Source: a virus. Taken from it: 64,000 nt of DNA. Of this stretch, positions 54,844 through 63,896 are shown in pieces. Numbering within the stretch: the first letter of the stretch is position 1; each line of letters opens with the position of its first letter. The position numbers were made by a program, and so were the translations under genes. A model generated the notes under the pieces. That model was not told where the DNA came from, made no database searches, and was given only the letters and a program-made list of their open reading frames with translations. The stretch is taken from positions 44,441 to 108,440 of IMG/VR virus record IMGVR_UViG_3300033112_000310; one strand, given 5' to 3'.

Positions 54844-56661
54844 CTACAGCGGGATTGTCTCGATCTTCGGCACCGGCTCGTCCGCCTCAAGGTTCATGGC
54901 CCGCCCGCATCCCATCGTGCAGCAGATCGCCCCGTCGATCTTCTTCGCCCGGTTCTTCGGTCGCGGCGGCTTCACGGTGTCGTCGTCGTACCGCTTGCCC
55001 ACGAAATTGTCCACCATCCAGTTCAACACGGGGTTGTCCGGGTGCCGGAAGCGCCCGGAGTCCACGGCGCTTTGGAACTCGTACATGGCGTTCGTGTACG
55101 TCGCCGCGCCCTGGCCGAACCGCACGATCTCCGTCCATACAACCGACTCCCCGACCGTCTGTTCCACGCCGCTCGATCGGTTTGGGTCGGTGATGTATTC
55201 CTTGGCCAGAAGATCGTTGAGCCAGTTGGTGATGGTCGCCGCCACCTTGAGAATGTCGATTTCCTCGCCTTCGTGAAGCGTGATGTACGGCTCCCACGGC
55301 TCGTAGCGCCGCACCTTCTCGAACGTGGCGCGCGGCAGCCAGAAGAACGGGACGGCCCAATAGATGCGCGGCCACTTCTTGGTGCCGTCCGCGAGCACCG
55401 CCGGCGTCACGTCCTTGTCGTCCTCGTAGAACAGGACCACTGCGGCGGTGAAGTCGATCTTGGCCGCTAGGTCGGTGACCACCACGCACGGCAGATGCTT
55501 GAGCATGTCGAACACCCGAGGGTCGTCCGGAGAGACGATTTCGGCGTCGGGATCTCCGTCCGTCCACCCTTCCTCGCGTTCCTTGTCTTCGTATTCGCGG
55601 TGCACCGGCAGCATGTCGTAGCCGTTCTGCGCCCAGGCGTTCATGTCGATCCAAGGGTCGGCCTGGCCAATCCAGATGTTCAGGTTCTTGGTCTTGAACG
55701 CCGTCTGCTGGTGCCGCGAGCGGATCGCTTCCTGCTGGTCTTCGCGCAGCGTCCCGATGAAGGTCGAATGGCCGATGTTCGGGTTGGCCTCGTACAAGGC
55801 CTCGTCGGTCTTCCAATGATCCGGGTCGGCATCGTCCTTGATCGTGTAGATGATGGCGAACTGGCGGTCGGCCTTCGTGTCGGTGAGCGTGCCGGCTAGA
55901 ATGTCCACCATGTCGCCGCGCAGCCGGTGGCACGGCCCGTCGATGTTGTCGCCCGCAGTGGTGATGACGAACAGCATGGCCCGGCGCCGTGCCCCGGTGC
56001 CGGTCTTGAACGTCTCGTAGGCCCGGGCGTGGTCGTGCTCGTGGTACTCGTCAATGACCACGAACGACGGGCTGTCGCCGTCAGGCGGATCCCCGACCAC
56101 CGGCTTGAAGCTCAGGTTCTCGCTGTCGTTGTAGATCGACTTTTGCAGCACGTCGAGACTCAGGTGCTGCCGCAGTTCGTCGTCGTCCCGGAGCATCTGG
56201 TACGCCGGGTGGAACACCTTGTAAGCCTGCTTCTCGTTCGTGGCCGCGCAGTAGACCTCCGCGCCCGGCTCGCCGTCCATCGTCAAGAAGTAGAGACAGA
56301 ACCCTGCAGCGAAGGTTGATTTGCCCGACTTCCTGGGGACTTCGACGTAGGCTTCCTTGTACTTCCGAAACCCCTTGTGCTCGCCCTCGGCGTAGTGCAA
56401 CCCGATGATGTTGGCGATGATGAAGCACTGGTAGGGGGACGGCTCGAAACGCTGGCCCCGCCACTCGCCGCTGACGTGCGGCAACCAGGTGAAGAACTCG
56501 CCGCAGTCGCTGACCGCCTGGCTGTCGTAGTAGAGGTCCGGGCGTTGCAGGTCGTCCGCGAACCGCTGGCACGCCTGGACTACGAACTTGCACGCCGGGA
56601 TGTTGCCGTGAAGGACGCCTTCGGCGTAGTCGAATGCGGTTTCGGTGAACCGGTCAGCCAT
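54844..56661 (-). CDS. terL: terminase large subunit
   Basis: VPRKSGKS Walker A, VVIDEYH Walker B, ITTAG, DLAAKIDFTA, KIDGAI. Confidence 0.97.
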   Translation of the reverse strand: MADRFTETAFDYAEGVLHGNIPACKFVVQACQRFADDLQRPDLYYDSQAVSDCGEFFTWLPHVSGEWRGQRFEPSPYQCFIIANIIGLHYAEGEHKGFRKYKEAYVEVPRKSGKSTFAAGFCLYFLTMDGEPGAEVYCAATNEKQAYKVFHPAYQMLRDDDELRQHLSLDVLQKSIYNDSENLSFKPVVGDPPDGDSPSFVVIDEYHEHDHARAYETFKTGTGARRRAMLFVITTAGDNIDGPCHRLRGDMVDILAGTLTDTKADRQFAIIYTIKDDADPDHWKTDEALYEANPNIGHSTFIGTLREDQQEAIRSRHQQTAFKTKNLNIWIGQADPWIDMNAWAQNGYDMLPVHREYEDKEREEGWTDGDPDAEIVSPDDPRVFDMLKHLPCVVVTDLAAKIDFTAAVVLFYEDDKDVTPAVLADGTKKWPRIYWAVPFFWLPRATFEKVRRYEPWEPYITLHEGEEIDILKVAATITNWLNDLLAKEYITDPNRSSGVEQTVGESVVWTEIVRFGQGAATYTNAMYEFQSAVDSGRFRHPDNPVLNWMVDNFVGKRYDDDTVKPPRPKNRAKKIDGAICCTMGCGRAMNLEADEPVPKIETIPL

Positions 56662-57277
56662 CCTTGGCCGGCGGCTTCTTCGCGAACCGCTTGGACGCTT
56701 CGATCACCGCCCCCCGGTCGGCACGTTCGACGGCTTTGTCGCCGGCCTTCGGACGCGCCGGCGCGCTGCCGCGGCCGCGGGACTGGCCTTCGACACCGGA
56801 GAACCTGCCGGCGTCCTTGGGCGGCGGTGCCGCTTCCAGCCGTTGGCGACCGACCGGGTTGCGCCCGAAGTCCGTCCACTGGCCGCGGAGTTGCTGCAAT
56901 AGCTGGACGGCGAGACGCGCGCTAGGCGCGGGCATCGGGCCGGCAGTGCGTTGCACCGTCAGTCCGTTCTCCGAAACGTCCTGCGCCGCCTGCCAGAAGG
57001 TGAACGTGGCCCAACACTCGGCCGCCACCGCGTCCCGGTCGGGGTTCTGCATCACGCCGGCGGTCGCGTACTCCCTCACCCGGTCGCGGTACATGGCCCG
57101 CAGTACCCGGGCCTTGTCGGGCGGCTGCGTCTTGACGAGCGCCGCGAAGCCGGGCGGCAGACGATTGATCAGGTGTGTTTCGTAACGCGGTTGCAGCGGG
57201 TTCATCCGGCTCGGCTGAGCCGTGCCCCGCCGTTCCTTGGTCGCGTCCGGGAGCGCCTTTCCCGTCTTGTTAGCCAT
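56654..57277 (-). CDS. terS: terminase small subunit (P27 family)
   Basis: Overlaps the terL start; K..RGT...R.N...P N-terminus; DFGRNPVGRQRL. Confidence 0.85.
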   Translation of the reverse strand: MANKTGKALPDATKERRGTAQPSRMNPLQPRYETHLINRLPPGFAALVKTQPPDKARVLRAMYRDRVREYATAGVMQNPDRDAVAAECWATFTFWQAAQDVSENGLTVQRTAGPMPAPSARLAVQLLQQLRGQWTDFGRNPVGRQRLEAAPPPKDAGRFSGVEGQSRGRGSAPARPKAGDKAVERADRGAVIEASKRFAKKPPAKDG

Positions 57278-57419
57278 CGTTAACCCCGCCGATCAAACTA
57301 GCGACAAGCGTCCTGCGGATGTGGTCGTATGCGCGCTTGGCGAGCGCGTGTTGGTGGACGAAGCCGACGACGTAGCCGACGACCACGGCCGCCACGAGCC
57401 ACCACCAGTCAACCACCAT
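57270..57419 (-). CDS. small membrane protein (49 aa)
   Basis: Read manually: MVVDWWWLVAAVVVGYVVGFVHQH...; stop overlaps the terS start region. Confidence 0.55.
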   Translation of the reverse strand: MVVDWWWLVAAVVVGYVVGFVHQHALAKRAYDHIRRTLVASLIGGVNDG

Positions 57420-57427
57420 GATCGAGC

Positions 57428-57700
57428 CTACTGGACGTGCTGAACCACAACGGAGATTGTGCCTCGGGTATCCACCGCGACCACTGGCGGCACGTAAGCG
57501 ACCACCGATGGATCGTCGGGATCAGGAACGATTGCGCCGGGGTCGGCCGACCAGGTGTATCGCGTCGTCCGGGGAATCTCCACGTCGCCGACCAACTTTG
57601 GTTGCGTGTTCGGTGTCTTGCGAGCATCCGCTAACGCGCGGACCCCGACGCCGGCGAACGGCAATAGCGCCAACAGCCGGAACAATCCTCTTCGGTTCAT
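57428..57700 (-). CDS. twin-arginine-leader protein carrying a major-capsid-like peptide
   Basis: MNRRGLFRLLALLPFAG leader; LVGDVEIPRTT matches capsid LVGDVAIPRQT; GGGAG SD. Confidence 0.7.
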   Translation of the reverse strand: MNRRGLFRLLALLPFAGVGVRALADARKTPNTQPKLVGDVEIPRTTRYTWSADPGAIVPDPDDPSVVAYVPPVVAVDTRGTISVVVQHVQ

Positions 57701-57762
57701 CCGTCTTCTCCCGTCATCCAAGTCGCCCGGAGCGTGGCTGACCATTTTGCGAATGGAACGAG

Positions 57763-57948
57763 TCACGCGCAAATCGGGTCTTCGCCTTCCGCGTCCCTGA
57801 TGTCAGCGCGCAGCATCCACCCGTCCTGCAACGCCTGCACGTAAGACTCGTACCGATCCGCGTTCGCGCGTGTAACAAAGCTGCGGCCAACAAGGGCAAT
57901 CGGCAACAGCCCCAACACGCGCCGGAACAGTCCCCTTCGGTTCATCAT
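57763..57948 (-). CDS. twin-arginine-leader protein carrying a portal C-terminal-like peptide
   Basis: MMNRRGLFRRVLGLLPIAL leader; 16 of 25 residues identical to the portal C-terminus; GGAG SD. Confidence 0.75.
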   Translation of the reverse strand: MMNRRGLFRRVLGLLPIALVGRSFVTRANADRYESYVQALQDGWMLRADIRDAEGEDPICA

Positions 57949-57995
57949 CTCTCTCCGTCATTCGAGCCGAACAGGCGCGAACATACCACGACTCG

Positions 57996-58328
57996 TCAGC
58001 GCCGCCGGTAGTCCCATCCGGTCTGGCGCTCACTGGCGGATTTCCGCCCGTGGCAGGACGAGCACATCGAAACGAGGTTGTTTGGGTCGAAGAACAGCTC
58101 GGGATCGCCCCGGTGGGGCGTGTCGTGGTCGGCGACCGTCGCCTTCCTGCCGCAATCGCACCACGGCTCGCGGGCCAACTGGTCGGCCCGCAGCCGGCGC
58201 CATTCGGCGGTGCCGTAGAGCCTAGCGCGGTTCGCGGGTTCGGCGTCGGCGTGGTCGCCGCAGTACCGCCCGCGCGTCAGGTTCGGGCATCCGGGGTGTT
58301 CGCAAACCTGGCGCGGACGGGTGGCCAC
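57996..58328 (-). CDS. HNH endonuclease (HK97 gp74-like packaging cofactor)
   Basis: CEHPGC...YCGDH; LAREPWC..ATVADHDTPHRGD..LFFDPNNLVSMCSSCHGRKS. Confidence 0.92.
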   Translation of the reverse strand: MATRPRQVCEHPGCPNLTRGRYCGDHADAEPANRARLYGTAEWRRLRADQLAREPWCDCGRKATVADHDTPHRGDPELFFDPNNLVSMCSSCHGRKSASERQTGWDYRRR

Positions 58329-58331
58329 GGC

Positions 58332-58853
58332 TCAGGCGATGGAGACTGTTTCCGTCTTGAAGGTGCCGTTGTCGTGCCGCGTGATGTCCGTTCGACGCTT
58401 GCTTCCTCTCGGTACCGTCAACGTCTTGACGCCGTGCACATCGAAGAACGACGACAGCTTGCGGTGAAGGGTGTCGACGTGTCTCTGGGCTTGTTCCAAG
58501 CCGTCCCGCGCGTGCTCGACTTCTTCAAGCGCATGAACGTAGCGCACTGGAATCTGAACGTCCAAGGCCACCACCGATGCGATGTCGGGATCAAGCCCCA
58601 TGCGCGTCAACTGGTCGCGCTGCATGGCGCCGAACTCGATGGGCGTCCTGCCTTCGGACGGCGGCGGCGGCGGCTTGTCGATAACGCTAAAGCCGTGCGT
58701 CTCACGGTAGGACGCCACGGGTTCCGCCTGAGCCGACGGTTCCGCCTCGGCAAAGACCAAAAGCCGTCCACCACCCATGTCGCGGATGTACCGCCCTTCA
58801 ACGTCCACGAACGCGGATTGGTGGGGTGCGAGAAAGATTCGGTAGATTCTCAT
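58332..58853 (-). CDS. hypothetical protein
   Basis: 173 aa with GGAG SD. Confidence 0.65.
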   Translation of the reverse strand: MRIYRIFLAPHQSAFVDVEGRYIRDMGGGRLLVFAEAEPSAQAEPVASYRETHGFSVIDKPPPPPSEGRTPIEFGAMQRDQLTRMGLDPDIASVVALDVQIPVRYVHALEEVEHARDGLEQAQRHVDTLHRKLSSFFDVHGVKTLTVPRGSKRRTDITRHDNGTFKTETVSIA

Positions 58854-58908
58854 GTCAAGTCTCCGTTGTAGGTAAAGTCGGATGCCCGACCGACCCTAAC
58901 CACAACGC

Positions 58909-59226
58909 CTAGCATTCCCGCAGAACGCCGGCCTCGACCCAACCGTGCCATATGGTCCGCTCGCCGCTCTCGAACCGCACCTTGTGGTGCAGCGACGGGT
59001 GCAGCGTCGGCGCGTCGTCCGGCCCGTCGCACGTCCAGGTGTGCTCGCTGCCGTCGCTCGCCTTGACCGTCCGCGGACTGATCGGCCACGCCGCCATCAC
59101 CTTCTTGCCGTTCAGCCGGTCGGGCGTGCAAAGGTAGAGTTCGCGGGTGCCGTCCCGGTGCCGTATCCAGTGGAAGTCGCCCGGTTCGCGAACCGCTTCC
59201 ATCGAGAACCGCTCGTGCATTCGCAC
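58909..59226 (-). CDS. DUF6527-like protein
   Basis: WTCDGPDDAPTLHPSL...WHGWVEAG. Confidence 0.7.
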   Translation of the reverse strand: MRMHERFSMEAVREPGDFHWIRHRDGTRELYLCTPDRLNGKKVMAAWPISPRTVKASDGSEHTWTCDGPDDAPTLHPSLHHKVRFESGERTIWHGWVEAGVLREC

Positions 59227-59235
59227 GGCGACGGC

Positions 59236-60558
59236 TCAGCTCGGGTCGCGCGGCTGCAACGCGCCGATGAAGTGGCGCTGGAAGAACGCCAGCAGGAAGG
59301 CGCGCTGCTCGTCCGTCAGGTTGTCCATGCCCGGCACCATGTCGCGGTTCGCCGGAACCATGTTGGCCGGGACAAGCACTTCGTCCATGCCGGCGACCAT
59401 CGGCTTGCCTTCCTTCCCACGGACTTCCGAGCGCAGAAGCCAGCCGTCCATCAACGCCTGGTGGTAGGCCTCGTAACGGTCCTTGATGTTCGCCTCGAAG
59501 ATCACGTCGTGGTCGAACTCGTAGAACAGGCCGTGGCCGCGCTCGCGCCGCGTCAGCAGCTTCCGGGTGCACTCCTCTTCCCACACGATGTAGTTCGGAA
59601 TCATCGTGTGCTTGCCGAAGTGCGCGTCCTGTTCGATCGCGTTGGTGAACGTGTTGTGCTCCAAATCCTGCACGAACACCGGCGGCACCCGGTAGATGCC
59701 GCACACTTCCGACCGGTTGAATTGAAGCCACTGCAACGTCTGCGCATCGACCGGGCTTATCATCGTCGGCTTCCACTGAGCGCCCCTCGGGAGAATCGGC
59801 GTCTGGTTGGACGAACCCCCGTCCTGGCCGAACTTCTCCCGCCAGTTCTCCGCGAACTCATCGATCGCCCTGACGGTCATGTCGGTTTCGACCACGCCCT
59901 TGGGACTGCCGCCGCGCGCGTAGAACCGCCCCGTGTGGATGTGCGCGGCCAACCCCTGGCCGATGACCTCGCGCGCAATGCGGATCGGTGAATAGCCCTG
60001 AATGCCGTTGAACCCTAGATTGGGGATGTGCAGCACGTCGTCGGCCATCAGCCGGCGCGTCTTCCTGTCCTTGCCCGGCCCGCGATGGTCGCCGGTCACC
60101 AGGTAGACGAGCGACCCATCCTTGAGGTACTCGGGGGTGACCTGCTCGGCGTAGAGCATCCGCACTTCGATTGGGAACGGCCCGTCGCGGATGATTTCAG
60201 CGTAGCCGTTGCCCCAACCCTGACGTTGCGCCTCGACCGACTGCTTGAACGTGTACGGCGTCTGGTCTTCGTTGGGCAGCGACGACATCAACCCGAACAG
60301 CCGGTGGTTCACCGCCGGCTCGGCGCCCCGACCGTCCGGCAGACGGCGCATCAGCCGCAAGGGGGTGCGCGCCAGCGTCTCGCTCAGAACCTTGATGCAC
60401 GCGTGGACGTAGCTCAACTGCATGGCGCGCGTCACGTTGACCGCGACGCCCGACGAGTTCTCGCCTTCCTGCTTTAGCAGCCACTCCGCGTACTTCGACG
60501 CGTTGCCGATCGCCTGGAAGTAACGCTTGGTCGCGTAGAAGAAGTTCGTCAGTTCCAA
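59236..60558 (-). CDS. HK97-family portal protein
   Basis: YVHACIKVLSETLA, GWGNGYAEI, DVLHIPNLGFNGIQGYSPI, IYRVPP. Confidence 0.97.
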   Translation of the reverse strand: MELTNFFYATKRYFQAIGNASKYAEWLLKQEGENSSGVAVNVTRAMQLSYVHACIKVLSETLARTPLRLMRRLPDGRGAEPAVNHRLFGLMSSLPNEDQTPYTFKQSVEAQRQGWGNGYAEIIRDGPFPIEVRMLYAEQVTPEYLKDGSLVYLVTGDHRGPGKDRKTRRLMADDVLHIPNLGFNGIQGYSPIRIAREVIGQGLAAHIHTGRFYARGGSPKGVVETDMTVRAIDEFAENWREKFGQDGGSSNQTPILPRGAQWKPTMISPVDAQTLQWLQFNRSEVCGIYRVPPVFVQDLEHNTFTNAIEQDAHFGKHTMIPNYIVWEEECTRKLLTRRERGHGLFYEFDHDVIFEANIKDRYEAYHQALMDGWLLRSEVRGKEGKPMVAGMDEVLVPANMVPANRDMVPGMDNLTDEQRAFLLAFFQRHFIGALQPRDPS

Positions 60559-60670
60559 AGGTCGCGCCCTCGCCGTTCACCGATGGTCGGGCGGAACGGA
60601 CCCGCCGAGAGCAATCGGCCGCCGGCGGGCGACCGGGCGGGACCGTCCGCCCGCCCGTCGAATCGAACCG

Positions 60671-60961
60671 CTACTTCTTCGGCGTCGGCTTCCGGGTGCC
60701 GTCGCCGCTCTCGCCGCCGCCGTTGTCGCCGCCGTTGTCGCCGTTGCCGCCGTTGTCGCCGCCGTTGTCGCCGCCCGGATCATCGTCCGTAGGCTGACGG
60801 CGGCGGTTGCGCGGAGCCGTCGAATCCTCGAACAGCGGCACGCCTTCACGCGACCGGTGCTTGAGCGCGTTGTAGTCGTTCGCCGGCATCTGCACGCGGT
60901 CGCCCTTGCTGCGCGCCCTGCCTTGAACGTACATGTTGAAGTTCAGTTTTACCCACTTCAT
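60671..60961 (-). CDS. small head-associated protein with GGDN repeats
   Basis: GGGAG SD; KGDRVQM motif; low-complexity tail. Confidence 0.65.
   Translation of the reverse strand: MKWVKLNFNMYVQGRARSKGDRVQMPANDYNALKHRSREGVPLFEDSTAPRNRRRQPTDDDPGGDNGGDNGGNGDNGGDNGGGESGDGTRKPTPKK
60712..60776 (-). repeat. imperfect 12-bp tandem repeat (GGCGGCGACAAC) encoding GGDN
   Basis: Visible in the sequence. Confidence 0.85.
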
Positions 60962-61007
60962 GGTTGTTGTGCTCCCGTCAACTCGTTTGGGTGTGTGCCG
61001 CCGCGCG

Positions 61008-61412
61008 CTAGGTGTACTGGCCGCGCGTCAGCAGGAACGCGGCGCCGACGTTCAGCGATGCCCCCGTTCCCGTCTCGGTAACCACCGCACGGACGTACCG
61101 CTTGCCGCCCAGGTAGGCATCGAGAATCGCCGCTTGGTCGACGGTCGTCGCATTGATGACGCGGGACGCCTCGCCGGAAGCCATCATCCCGGCCTCCACG
61201 TCCGCCCAGGCGGTGCCGTCGTCGCTGTCCTGCACCTTCAAGGTGTAGTAGTTCGCCGCGGTGAGGCTCGCGCCCGCCCCGACGACCCAAACGACGCCGA
61301 CCCCGCCGTGCTCGACCGTGTCGACCGATTCGCCGTTCGCCGAGGCCGACGCATTCTGCGCATCCAGCGAGCGCACCACGTCGACGTTGCCGAAGTCCTT
61401 CTTCTGAAACAT
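61008..61412 (-). CDS. capsid decoration/cement-like protein
   Basis: Directly after the capsid gene; LKVQDSDDGTAWADV...YLGGKRYVRAV. Confidence 0.65.
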   Translation of the reverse strand: MFQKKDFGNVDVVRSLDAQNASASANGESVDTVEHGGVGVVWVVGAGASLTAANYYTLKVQDSDDGTAWADVEAGMMASGEASRVINATTVDQAAILDAYLGGKRYVRAVVTETGTGASLNVGAAFLLTRGQYT

Positions 61413-61495
61413 GCCCTTCTCCTTTCGTTTCGGGTTGGGGCGGAACCCGATATTAGGCCCGCCCTTGTTTCACTTTGCGTTCGTGCCGTCTCCGC

Positions 61496-62983
61496 TCAGG
61501 CGAAGATCGCGAACGATTCCGGGTGCCGAACAGCCACGTCGCACGAGTGGAAGATGATCACCCGGACGGCACCGGCGGTCGAACGGCTGTAGGGGTCAAC
61601 CAGAATGTCCAGCATCCCCCATTCCCCGACAATGACGTCCGACCAGTTCCCGAAGAACAGTTCGTTCAACGTGATTTGGTTCGATTCGGCCAACGGATAG
61701 GGCAGCTTGTCCGCCAGGAACACGCCCGACCCCGGGTCGACACGCCTGCGCATCATGTTGGTCGTGATCGTGGCCCCGCCCGTGAACCCGAGGTTGCCCA
61801 TCAAGGCGTTGTCCGTCGCGATCTCCTTGCGGAGTTCGAGAACCCCCAACCACGTCGGGTCGCCCTCGTCGCCCTTCTTCGTGTCGATCTCGTTGATCGC
61901 CGTGTCTTCGTGCGTGACCGAACCGACGCCGGTTACGTTCTTGACGCCCAACGGTTGCCCGTTCACGCCCGTACCGCGGAACGCGGCCCGGTCTTCGGCG
62001 AGCGCCACTTCCGTCATCAGGTCGCGACGGATGAAGTTCTCCACGGCCACCGACGACTGCAACCGCAGCGCGCGGGTGTAGTCGGTGTACGCGCCGACCG
62101 TCCGCGGGGTCATCGTGATCTGGCCGACAGCCTGGTCGGTGTTGCCGACGTCGGCCCCGTCCTTCGGCACCCACGAGACGACGCCCGCGCCCGTCTGCCG
62201 CGGAATCGCCACGTCGCCCACCAGACCGGTAAGCATCGTGGCACCGAGCATCGGCAACGCCTGGTTGTTGCGCAGCAGTTCGATCATCGACTGCGGCCGC
62301 CAATCGACCCCCACCAGCGCGCCGGCGCCGGAGAAGTCGTCGGCCGACAGATCCCGCTGTTCGATGCCCCAAAGGTCCATCAGGGCACGGCCCGCTTCCC
62401 GCGCCATATCGCTCTTGTTGAAGATCAGGCACTTGAGCCGGGCAATCGCGGCCGCCCGCTGGCCCGTCACCACGTCGCCGTACACGTCGGGCGGAACGTA
62501 GAAGCCGAGCGGCGCATCCTTGATCTGCGCCGAGTACGCATCGACGGCCTCAAGTTCCATGCGCGCCGCCTCGCGGTCGGCGTCGATCGCACCCTTCGAC
62601 CGGGCGATGATCAGCTTGTTGAACGAGAAGTCGCGCATTTCCCGGTCGCTCAGGCCGATGGGGTCGGTCAACCGGTTGCTGTACTGGCCGACTTGAAGCT
62701 GACGCTTGATGGCCTGGCGCTGTTCGTGGATTTCGCCGCATTCCCGCTCAAGTGTCTTCTGCTCCTCGATTTCGTCCGGGGTCAGGTTCCTTGATGCGAG
62801 AAAATCGCCGATTTCCGACAATCTCACGCGTTTCTCGTGTTCCTGCTCGCGCAGCCGGCTTTCCCGCGTCCGCAGGTTGCCGCGCTGTTCTTCCGCAGTC
62901 GTCGTCGGGCCACCGCCGCCGGGGTTGTTCCCGCCGCCGTTGTTCCCGTCGCCGTTCCCGCCGTTGTTCGGTTCATCCGGCAT
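61496..62983 (-). CDS. HK97-fold major capsid protein
   Basis: N-terminal coiled-coil delta domain; GDVAIPRQT, AFRGTG..GQPLG, FFGNWSD, DVAVRHPESFA. Confidence 0.97.
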   Translation of the reverse strand: MPDEPNNGGNGDGNNGGGNNPGGGGPTTTAEEQRGNLRTRESRLREQEHEKRVRLSEIGDFLASRNLTPDEIEEQKTLERECGEIHEQRQAIKRQLQVGQYSNRLTDPIGLSDREMRDFSFNKLIIARSKGAIDADREAARMELEAVDAYSAQIKDAPLGFYVPPDVYGDVVTGQRAAAIARLKCLIFNKSDMAREAGRALMDLWGIEQRDLSADDFSGAGALVGVDWRPQSMIELLRNNQALPMLGATMLTGLVGDVAIPRQTGAGVVSWVPKDGADVGNTDQAVGQITMTPRTVGAYTDYTRALRLQSSVAVENFIRRDLMTEVALAEDRAAFRGTGVNGQPLGVKNVTGVGSVTHEDTAINEIDTKKGDEGDPTWLGVLELRKEIATDNALMGNLGFTGGATITTNMMRRRVDPGSGVFLADKLPYPLAESNQITLNELFFGNWSDVIVGEWGMLDILVDPYSRSTAGAVRVIIFHSCDVAVRHPESFAIFA

Positions 62984-63017
62984 GGTTCTTCCCTCTAGCT
63001 GTTGGTTACCCGCTCGA

Positions 63018-63896
63018 TCATTTCAGGGAATCGAGCAATCCCTTGTTCTCCCGCTTCTTGGCATCCAGCGCGCCCTTGAGCCGGTCGCGCTCGCCTTCGA
63101 GCTCGGTGATCTTCTCCCGCTGCGCCGCCGCGAGGTCGCGCAGGTTGTTCAACTCGACCATTTCCTGCGCCCGTTCCAGCGTCGTCGGCGCCGCCGGCGG
63201 AGGATTCGGATTCGGCTCGGACGGCGAGGGTCGCGAACCCCCTCCGTTCCCGCCGCCGTTGTTCCCGTCGCCGTTGTTTCCGTTCCCGTCGCCGCCGCCA
63301 GCCGCAGCCGCAGCCGCAGCCGCAGCCGCAGACCGCGCGTCCCGCCATTCCTGGAACGAACGCTTGGCGACCTCGCACGACGTGTCCGAATAGGCCGCGA
63401 ACGTCACCGGGCCGACATCGTAGAGTTCGTCGACCCGCGTGATGGTCCGCAAGTAGTCGTCGTCCGCCCGCTCGTCCCACTCGTAGGCGCCGGTGCGGAA
63501 GCTGAACGACGACTGCGAAACGTCCCCGCGCTTGATCGCCTGGTAGACCATTTCGGCGTTCGCGCCCGGCGGCATCTTGTTCCGGTAGCGCAGCCCGGTG
63601 TCGTCCACCGACAGTTCCAGGCTTTCGCTGATCTTCGTCCGGCCTAGCGGAAAGTTCGTGTCGTGGTTGAACAGGCACCTGCAGTCCGGGCCGTCCGCGA
63701 GCACGTCATCGAACGCCCCTACGGCGATCTTCTCGCTGTGCCCCGGCCAAAGCTCCGTCTCGGAATCGAAGACCGCCGCGTACCCTTCGATGAAGACCGC
63801 GGCGTCGTCGCCGTCGCCTTCGGCCCGTATCTCGATTGGCCCAAGGGCCGTGTCCAGCGTCCGGCGCTCGATCACGTTCGTCACTTCGTCCGGCAT
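63018..63896 (-). CDS. HK97-family prohead protease with C-terminal extension
   Basis: IEGYAAVFD, LFNHD, GLRY, SSFSF, ELYDVGPVTFAAY. Confidence 0.95.
   Translation of the reverse strand: MPDEVTNVIERRTLDTALGPIEIRAEGDGDDAAVFIEGYAAVFDSETELWPGHSEKIAVGAFDDVLADGPDCRCLFNHDTNFPLGRTKISESLELSVDDTGLRYRNKMPPGANAEMVYQAIKRGDVSQSSFSFRTGAYEWDERADDDYLRTITRVDELYDVGPVTFAAYSDTSCEVAKRSFQEWRDARSAAAAAAAAAAGGGDGNGNNGDGNNGGGNGGGSRPSPSEPNPNPPPAAPTTLERAQEMVELNNLRDLAAAQREKITELEGERDRLKGALDAKKRENKGLLDSLK
63301..63330 (-). repeat. (GCCGCA)5 hexamer repeat encoding poly-Ala
   Basis: Visible in the sequence. Confidence 0.9.

Noticed and set aside
60712..60776. Possible CRISPR-like array
   Set aside because: Short tandem coding repeat without spacers; no repeat-spacer array seen anywhere in the window.
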